A stretch of DNA of 64,000 nt from Octopus bimaculoides. Lineage: Eukaryota. The stretch lies in contig NC_068991.1 of assembly GCF_001194135.2 (NCBI RefSeq), forward strand, positions 55,958,871 to 56,022,870, read 5' to 3'. This document shows positions 50,001-60,658 of the stretch, one piece after another (the first letter of the stretch is position 1; every line of letters starts with the position of its first letter). The notes beneath the pieces were generated by a model. That model was given only the letters and a program-made list of their open reading frames with translations. It was not told the origin of the DNA and did no database searches. The position numbers were made by a program, and so were the translations under genes.

Positions 50001-53000
50001 TGTTTTTCGAGAACTCATAATTAAACATTTGAATAAGCCCCAGAACACTCTGAAACTTCCTGGTAACAGTTGTGAATAAAACAAAACAAAAAAAAGTTGG
50101 TTAGGCCAGATGGCTAGCATGTCTTTCTTAGAACATCATATTTGAAGGGGGGGGGGGACAAAACAAAACAAAAAAAACTAGTTTTAACATCCTTTCATAC
50201 TAAAGTTAGCTGCAGTCAAATGTTAAGAGAAAATTAACAGAATTTATTTACCAAGAATATAGCATACAAGAACCAACAATAGGATAGTTGAGCCACTTCA
50301 ACAACTACATTGAAGCTCTTTGCTGAGTCCTCATGTAGTGAGTAATTGCTTTATAACACAATGTAAATTTTCAAAAGTAACTTGTACCTCTTTGCTCCTG
50401 AAGCTACATATGTAATAGGGAACAAAGTCATTTCAAAGATTTGCACCTGAATTCTCAAAAGAAGGAAAAATATTTTTTAATGTATGTTTTCATCATCATC
50501 ATCATTGTTTTATTGTCCACTTTTCTATGCATGCATAAGTTAAGTGGAGTTTATTGAGAGAGATTTTCTATGACTAGATACCCTCCTGTTGCCAGCCCTC
50601 ACCTGTATCCATGTAAAATAATATTTCTCCATGGCTAGACATGTTTTTGAAGAATATTGGAAATGAATGACATTTCTTGCTTCTATACACTCTTCTGTCT
50701 CTCTGTCTTGTTTTCTGTGTCTTTCCTTGTCTCACTGTCTCTTATTCTTCCCTGTCTCAATGTCTTTTGCCCCTCTTATTCTTCTTTCTCACACTCTATT
50801 TCCCCCTTTTTTACTCTTTCACTATTTCTTCCCTTCTCTTTTTTTTTTCACTGTTACCTCTTGTGTTTGTGTCTCTTTCTGGAATTACAACCAATTTTGT
50901 TTCTTCATTTTTAACTTCATTTAAGGAATTTGAGAAACCATATAAAAAGTAACATGTCATGATCACAAAATATTTGCTAGCAGGTGTCTTTGCCTTTGGA
51001 AATAACTAATCCTGATAATAATTCTGATTGTGTTATTTTCTTTTTTCTTTTTTACTTTTGTTTTCATGTTAGTCAAGCCATCAATATATATATGGCACAA
51101 AGTAATAAGTACTGGAAAATGCTTGTTTATATTTTTTATGTCATCCTCTCTACATTGAAATTTTGTCTTTCCCATTGTTGTATACTTTAGATGTGTTCTA
51201 GAGTGTACCAAGTTTATGGCTCCTGGATTCCTCTAGCTTTATTCCCTTAGACTGATAATACCCTTGGGGAATTAATGAATATTACAAATTCCATTACTTT
51301 ATCTGCTGACATAAATAGAACAGATCACTCATTGATGGATACTTCTGATCAAATAACTGACTCTATTTACAACAGTCATAAATGGTGTGTTTAGATTTTG
51401 AATTTAAGTCATGGCATTCTCATTTAAATAGTGTGAAGTGAGTCATGAGAGCTGTGGCTGCTCCAGTAATCAGGTTTGGCCACTATGTAACTGTTCCCTC
51501 ATTAGTTTATGAACTGTTTGCTGATAAGGAAGATAATAATGTTACTAATCATGGTAGTGATGGTAATGATACTGTTATTAATGTTTTAAGTTTTAAATGG
51601 CATATTTTTGTATTTCTAGTTTAATAGTGCTGAATTTATTTTTGTTATAGTATGTGTAGTTACTTTTCAAATGTGTGTGTGTGTAAAAGCTTATTTCTTG
51701 TAGATTGTTACTTTGAAATAGATCACCATCTTCAGTGATGATATTTTAAATTAACACCTTTTTAACGAAATTTGTTTGTATTTAATTTTCAGATCAGATA
51801 AAATTGAAGTTGTCATTGAGTCCTTTGCAATTACAAAAACTTCAAAATGAAAGACCAGGTAAGCAGATTGCATTCTTCTTATATTAAACTGAAGTACACA
51901 CAACCATGCATGCCTGTGTGCGCACCCACCCACCCACACACACACACACACAAACACATACACACACAGAGAGGAAAGTTATTAATATAGCATAGGGTAT
52001 ATGAATCTATTTTGTGCAACATGTTCTTACATAGAAATGATTAAACATATGCTTTATGGTATATTGTGTAATTTTTATCACTTCCTAATTGCCAAATTAA
52101 CACCAACAGGATGATTTATTCTAGATACTTATTAGGTGATAGGGACTGATAACAGGAGATTTTTGGTTGTTATAAAAATAGTCTGAGGAAGAGTGTGTGT
52201 GTATGTGTGCACATGTACACATGCACATACCCTGTTTTTGCCTGAGGATTCTGTAAAGAGAGAAAGCTATATAGAGATATGTTCTTGACTGAGCCAGAGC
52301 TGATGGAACTTTATTAAAGTTGAAGCAGAACAAAGTTAGAAGTATATTTATATAGAGAGCAACTTAAATCCTATTTCTGTTTGAAATGAAAACCCTTTAC
52401 ATCCCACTTAGTGTTATAGACAAGCTACCAAAACTGGATGTTTGCCTCTACTCTGCAAGAGTCTTACTCCACTCCCAAGAAACTCCCATGGCAAAGGATG
52501 GTATGGGGGGGGGGGGTTAACCATATTAATAAGCACTAACAACTGTTCACTCTTGCTTACTCTTCCCAGAGTTGATACACAGGTTGCAGCAGTTGGAGCT
52601 AGCGTTTTAATACAATTAGATATTGTAATTAATAAATAATTAAATCTTGATATTGATGTGCTTGCATGACATTCTGATTTTTTTTTTTATTAAGGGCATT
52701 TAACCTTATATACCTATGGTGATAGCATAACCCCTGCTAGAAATTTGATGAATGAAACAATTTAGTGAGAGCCTCTAGCTCAGTGGTTCTCAACCAGGGT
52801 CCATATGACCCTTGGGGGTCCATATAAGATTTAGTTGCTAAAATTTGTGCAATAAACTAGTTATACTTCTTCAATATACAAAATTTTTTAACAATTTTTT
52901 GTTATACAATTCCTAATAATATTTAATTCTAGAAGTAAAATAGGATTTTTTATCCATCAAATGATGGATAAAAAATAAGGGTCCAACCAAGCAAAACAGG

Positions 53001-56000
53001 AATCAGAGAGGGGTCCATAGGTAAAGATATGTTTGAGAACTGCTGGTCACTCAGTCTGTTAGATTTTCTTCATTTTGCAGCATACTGATTTAAAGATGGG
53101 GGTAAGTGGTGGAAGTACATTGAATAAGTAGTCTGCAGTACACTATGTCTAGGAAAAAAAAAAAGACTGATTAGTCATGGTTAGAATGTTTTTGATTGTA
53201 GGTCTGCTCAATCAGGGTAGACCTGTGCACTAAACAAAAACAACAAAGACACTCATGGTAAATGAAGCCAAACTATTATGATGCTTTTGTCATTTATAAA
53301 GGTAGCACAGCTCTTTAATTAGGATTCGTGTTGTTAGTCAGCTGTTTGATTACTTCCCAACTCCAGGTAGTTTCTGTTTAGCTATATAATTAGCAAGTAT
53401 ATAGTAACTAGTAAAAGCAGAAGGCTCTGGATGTTCTATTTTAACCATTTCTCTATGTATGCCATGCTAACTCATCCAACAATAACCAAATACATATCCT
53501 GTGTCCAGAGTGTGTATGTAACATGTTATTTATTATACAACAGTCATAAAATCCAAAATTAATAAATTTCGATTAATGGGAGTGATGAAAATATTTTATC
53601 AAACAATTGTAAATACAGAAACCAGAAGTTATTTAGTTTTCAATTTCTAATGTTTGCTCTGACAATATGACTCTGGTTCAATTAAAAGTCTAATTATAAA
53701 TAAATGCAGTGAAAACCAGTTATGCACAATTCTCTGAAAATATATCTAATTCTGTCCGTGTATTCTGGCCATAGAAATTTGGAGAAGATAATGCAAGCCT
53801 ATATCAGATGAAAAGTCATTCATAAGTGCGGGTCAAGTTATTCAGTAACTGTTGACTTCACAATAACAATAGCCTGTTGAGAAGAGCTGAGAATGAGTCA
53901 GCGAGCAACAGGCACACTATATCAGTCAACAGTCAGTGGAGATGGAACATTTTCATCATATCTGTTAACTGCACAGTTAAAAAAAAAAAGGGAAGATAAA
54001 ATGAAAAAAAAAAGTAACAAAATTCACCGGATTGATTTATGTTAATTTGTTCATTACAGGAATTAAAACAGTTAGGTAGGTTTTGATGTTTAGAGGAAAC
54101 AATTCAGAAATAAAAAAAAAAAAATAAAAAAATGCTCAAATGCAGGTAAGCTCTATGATAACATTTCAGATACCAATAAATTAATCATTGACTGAAGGAA
54201 ATATTAGAATATACTTTTGGCCAACTAATTTTACAGAAATAAACTAACTGAAGTGAGAAATGAAGATAGCAAAGAAGATTATAAGAAGAAAATATTACAT
54301 AACATTATAGTTACTCTTGGGCTGCTAATAACTGACTGGTGTATGCTGCTATGGCCATGAGTCAGTAAGGGTGGGTGTTCAGTTAACTGAATGATTGCTT
54401 CTTAATGTTATATGGGATGATAGCCAGCCATGTAGAAAGTAATTATTTATTCATTTATTTGTTTATTTCTTGATTACTGGCTTATGATTAAGAATTTTGC
54501 TTCTAAGTTTTGGGTTCAGTACCACTATGCATCACTTTGTGGAAGTGTTTGTTTTTTGTTATTGTTTTTTTTTTTAAACCAAAGTTTCAGTTGAATCATT
54601 CTTTGTGAGTGAAAGTGAGTTGATAGAAACTGTGCAGAAACCCATCAAATGAACAGTTTCTTGTTATTCAAAAGAACAACTTGTTACACATTGTATTATA
54701 TTGAGTATGGTTGGGGATTATATTAAAGGGGCATGTTTCTGTGAAATGCTCAGTCCTTGGCATTATAATACTATGAATAAGTACATCTTTTGAAAGATCA
54801 TGTCACACACAAGTAATTTTTTATAGTATTAATAATGATTAATCAAAGATGTTTAGTTTCATAAATCAAATTGAAAATCTTTATCAATCAGTCAATCAGT
54901 TAATGAATTAAATAAGCTGAATAATGATGATTCATCAGATTTTAAGAACTGCGTGTTCAAGAGAAGGTAAAACAGATGCCTGTTGACATTTGAGACTAAC
55001 TGTAAATGAAAAGAAGAATTAATCTCAAGAATCAAGAATTCTCTGGAATTCTTGATCTCATTAAGAAAAGCTTTTGTTTTTCTTGTTCAGGAAACAGACA
55101 GCTGCAGACTCCTGTATCCTACACACATGCACACACATGTGTGTGTGTGTGCCTGTGCTTTGCCTTGTCACAGCACAATGTATCATCTTGATTCCATGAT
55201 TCTGCTTGAGGATTATGTTAAAGATATGTGCCTTTGAAATACTCAGATATATAGGGGTTGGCTGAAAAGTTTATAGGCTGTCCAAGATACTCTCTTGGAA
55301 TCTGATCAAATGTTTATTTTTCAACACAGTCCCCCTTGCAGTCCACACACTTCTTCTATCTGTGTTGCAGTACTTGGATCCAATTGGTGAAGAAGCTTTC
55401 ATCTTGTTGGTAAAAAAAAGTCATCAACAGCAGATATGATACCCTCATCATTGCAATACTGGTTCTCAGCCAAATGTTTTTCATGTTGGTGAACAGATGA
55501 TAGTCAGATGGGGACAAATCAGGTGAATGATGCACAGCAGTCATTGAATCCAAGAACTTGTGTGCTGGAGCAAGACTCTTTCATCAATTTTCCTGGTTGT
55601 TTGGTCTTGGTGGTCTTTTGTAACTGCCTCAGCAAATTGGCATAGTTCTTTCCATTGATAGTTTGACTCTTTTCAAGATGGTTGATAAACACAATGTCTT
55701 TTGCATTCCATAAAGCAGAGGCCATCACCTTCCATGCAAATGAAATGACCTTGGCCGTTTTGGAGCAGGTGAGGAGGGGGTGAACCCAACACTAATCCTG
55801 GATAAGGAAACATTCAAGCAAACCAGTTGGATATGCCTCAAACAGTGTTAGATTTTCCCATAATGTGACTAACTTGGTGCACTTTTGATCAGGTGTCAGA
55901 AGACATGGCACCCACTGAGGAGATACCTTCATCATGCCAAGTTGATTGTGCAAACTATTCTCAACTCTCTCATGGAATATGCTAGTAGCATTGGCTATTT

Positions 56001-59000
56001 GATTTATAATCAACCACCTATCATCCATCACCATATGGTGAACACTATCAATGTTTTTCTTGATCGTGGAAGTTGCAGGATACCCAGACATCTTCAAGAC
56101 TCTCTCTTCTCCTCCAAAATTCAGTTACCCACACTTTTTCATTGTTGATAAACCTTTTTTCTGCAGATACTTGATAATACCAGGATTCAAAAATTTGTCT
56201 ATTTTCAAGAGAAATTGCTATTAGTTACATTTGAAGTCTTCTTTGAATAGTCAGATGTAGGGTTTACCTGGAAAGAAACAATGCAGTTATTAAGAAGAGC
56301 TGATATTAATGCCTACAAGATTTCACAGCTCTAGCATCACTTCTCCATAGTCAGCCTTTGAACTTTTCACCCTACCCTTGTATATTATAATATAGTTAAT
56401 ATATCTCTTAATTGAACAATTATAACACATGTTCATTAAATGAACATATAAGCCTGTAAAGAGATGGCATCCTTAGGCATACACAAAGTATATATTTTAT
56501 CACCTGCAGTCTAGATATGATATTTAGTTTCACCGTCATCAATGTCATCATTGTTTAATGTCTGTTTTCCATGTTGGCATGAGGTAGCCCCAAGCTCCAA
56601 TGTCTGTTTTGGCATGGTTTCTATGGCTTGATGTCCTTCTTAATTCCAACAACTTTACAGAGTGTACTGGATACTTTTTTACATGGTACCAGCACTAGTG
56701 ATGTCATCAAGTAACTCACAAGTCAAGACACTTCAATTGATCAGGAAGTACAATCAAGGAGTTGACTTTATGCAGGTGATGAGGGGGTTAAAGTATGAGA
56801 GTGGGATAGCTTATTTAATGAATTTAATCTTTGGTTTATTATGGTATTTACAATAATTTAAATTGATGAGGAAGGTTGCCAGACTAACTACAGTATAATA
56901 TTTATATTTTGTTCTTTCTAAATTTCATATTCAAATCCTACTGAACCTTTTATTCTTTTGTTGTTCATAAAATAGAACTAGTGTTCCTAAAGTAATATAT
57001 TCTTAGAGAACAAATTGACTTTCTATCAAGTCAAATAGAATAAAAAAAATGAAAATATTTAGCTATTAAGAAGCTTGCTCATCACTGGATGGAAATTGAA
57101 CCTAATTAGTATCAATCAATTTAAAGAAAGTGAAATAAAAAAAAATTAAAACAAACACTGTCATGTTCATTTTTGCTTTATTTTGTATTGTATATTGTTG
57201 TCAAAGTGACCCGGCTGTAGATGTATGATGAAAGACAGATTCTGATACTTAGTAATATATAATTGTGTGTGTGTGTGTGTGTGTACACAAAATGAAACAA
57301 AAGTGAATATAATAGTATATGTGTGTGCTTTAAATGTCTATCATGACTGTATCAAAATACAATCTCTAATGAAATATGTTGTAAATTAATAATTCATCTG
57401 ATACTTATTTAGTTCAATAACTGATTTATTAATAAAGGTTTTCAATTTGATTTCTGAAACTAAACATCACTATTAATATTTTGCACAATTACATGCTTGT
57501 GACAGGTTGTCTTTCAATACTAGCTTCTTTCCTTTATTTTGATTTGTTACTTTATTTCATTATATTTGTAGAGCTGAGTTTTATGACTGGTTGTAAGGAA
57601 CACCATCTTGATGTTAGTAACTTAGATGTGGACTGTTCTGATAAAGAAGTGGAGGAAAAAAACAAAGACAACATTGTACATGCCAACAACACTGATAGTA
57701 CTGGCCTTATTGAGCAGCACGAACACAGTGGCACTAAGGCAGACAAGGAAGAAGAAGTGGAGGAGGAGGAGGAGGAGGGGGAGGAGAACATCACTGACAG
57801 TGCCAATCAAGATCAAAAGATGTCTCTGAAAGAAATTAGGAACCAAATGCCTGTGACAGTCTTTAGAAGTAAGTCATTTGCTGGCATGGCAAATGCGCGT
57901 CCAAGATCTGCTCCAGGTACTCCTGTACTTGGGGAAACTTTGCGTAGGAGCCCGCGGGTTTATACGCAAACCCCACAGAGGTCTAAAAGGCTGGGGCTTG
58001 GAAGTTATAAGCCACCTAAAATTCCTAAATTACCTCAACCCAGCCGTGCAGTCTTGATGTTTGAAAGTGTCAAAAAAGGAATCAAGTAAGTACACATTTT
58101 GCTGTTTATATTATTCCTAATAAAAATGCCATGAGAATCTTCTGGAAGACATTCCGAGCAGGCTCCTTCTTTAAAGAAAAGTTTACAGATAAGATGTTAA
58201 TTGCTAGTAAACTCTTACCTTATTTTTTTGACAGATGTTGAAATAATAACTCTTTGGCTTATGTTATAGTTATCGATTTCATGTCTTTTTTTTTTTGTCT
58301 TCAATGCGTTTTGAAATTTGGAGCTTGACCATGGATTCTTGTGCATACTTCATGGACTGGCCCTCTCTTTTTGTCAATATTATCATGACAATAGTGGTTG
58401 ATGTATCTGTTCCTTCCATGTCCATAGCTGTACTGGTAGTAACTATATAACTAATTAATGAAGTAGCACATTGATCTTTCAAATCTACCCTCAATTCTAA
58501 ATTTTCAAATCATCTTTTTTTGTAACCATTGCAGAGCTTTGAGTCATATTTAAACAGATAGGACAGCACTGGCTAATCAAAATTGTCTAACAGAGATCAT
58601 AGAAAGACTTTTGGTCTGACTGAAGTATGACATTCATGTGGATGTTCAGATGGCCTTTTAATCATTGAATTTAACATCATATGCTGTAGGTGTATTCAAT
58701 AACAGCAACTATAACAAATTTAAGCCATGTATTTGTCTCGTTGCACATTAATTCATTCAGAATATGGAAAATGTTCTTAGGAAATAGCTTTTCTAATAGT
58801 AAAGCAAACATAATAAAAGATGCTGTCCTTAACCCTGTAGCGTTTAGATTACCCTGTCAAATGTTATGCTTATGTATTCTCATTGTTTTGAATTTGTCGT
58901 GCATTATCTCATAAATTCAAGATTTCAATGATGTAATTGTTTGTATTTAGAATGACATTGTAGGGTAGGTGTAAGAAGATGCATTAGCTTGTTTTGAACA

Positions 59001-60602
59001 TAAAACAGGTAGAATATTTGGGCCAGATATGGTCAGTTTAAATTCGGAAGAATTAAGAGATGTTTGGCTTTTATTAAATTTCTGTTTGTACTCAACTGTT
59101 CTCTTTGATATATTTACTTTCAGAGAATTCATAATGGCTACTCAGGATGACATCATTCAGCTTAAAAGCCGTGATACTAACACATCTACTGCTCAGGTAT
59201 TTTAACTAATATTTTTTTCTTGAGCTATTGTCAAATTCTTACAATTGATTTAGTTGGTATTCTTTGAACCTGATTATTACTGTATGAAATTGTCAGGTGG
59301 TGATATGGCAGCAGTGGTAGAGCACTTTGCAGTAGTTTTGTGTTTCTATACCCTGAGTTCAAATGTCAAAGGTGTTGACTTCTATCCTTCAAATATCAAT
59401 AAAATAGGTACCACAAATATTCTGAGACTTCATTTCTTAATCTGTTTTACCTTTTCCCCATAAAACTTGGTTTTGTGTTAAGATCATTATTTTACCAGTA
59501 TAGATCATATCTTACTGTAGAAAAACATATTCCACTGTTTTATTGCTGAGGTGTTATTTACCCCACAAAATTAGATCTTTGTTACAACGTTTGATTATGA
59601 TTAGTGTCCTTTATTGTACCTAATTTGTTAAAAATTAGGAAGGTTTAATACATAGTTTGACTAAATACAGAGATAGAGTAAAGTTACAAACTAACAGTAT
59701 CTAGAATAATGGAAAACACAAGGTAAACTGCACTTTTGAAAATTACCATACAGTAATGAAATTACTGTCAATGCTCTACTTTGCTTATAATCACTTCTGC
59801 CATTTTGAAACTTTTCTTATATTTTTTTGTGTGTTTTAGCAGCAGTAGGGAAACCACTTACACATTATACTGTGTCTCTGTTTCTCATTTTCTGTATCCT
59901 TTATCTGTTGGATAAATACGCTTGAAAAGCAATTCATAGACAAAAGAAAATTTGAAGTAACAGTATCTCAAATCCCCTGGGTTACTGTTGTTTTGGAAGT
60001 TTATTTCTAGTAACAAAATAAAATTTTAAAATCTTGAATACTTTCTGTCACTACAATTGTGACCAGGATATTCAATCTGTGAACTTAATTTGACAAATCA
60101 TTCATTCATTCGTTCATTTTACATCCATTGGTTAGAGTGGAACTTATTTAAGGCAGGATTTCACAGCTGGATGCTTTTCCATCAGCAACCCTTACCTATT
60201 TTTCAAGTAAGGGATTTCTTCACTTGTTAACCACATGGTTGAATATTCAAATCTTATGTGTATTTTAGATATGAATCCATATCTTCTATGACATTAACCC
60301 TTTTAAAATATAAAATATATTTATTTATTGTTTAAACACAAGCTGTTCAAAATAGCCATCCATATGTCATACTAAATGTATACACTCTATCAATAGGCCA
60401 GTATTGTGATAACTGAGATATCATATTTTATGGATGTGCTGTTGGGTAACAAAAATTTATCAGAGCAGTAACCAACAAGAATGCCAGATGCATGCACTAA
60501 ATGAATATTCACATGTTTTCATCCTCTTGTTGCTCATATTAAACATCTCCCAGGATAGCTACTGGTTACATAGAATGATTGTTACATGAGTATGAGTGAG
60601 TA

Positions 60603-60658
<56 letters not shown>

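Noticed and set aside
57481-57571. 5' part of ORF 57481-58089 as a single-exon gene start
   Set aside because: Starts at TTG in T-rich intronic sequence; the acceptor at 57570-57571 and donor at 58086 explain it as an internal exon.
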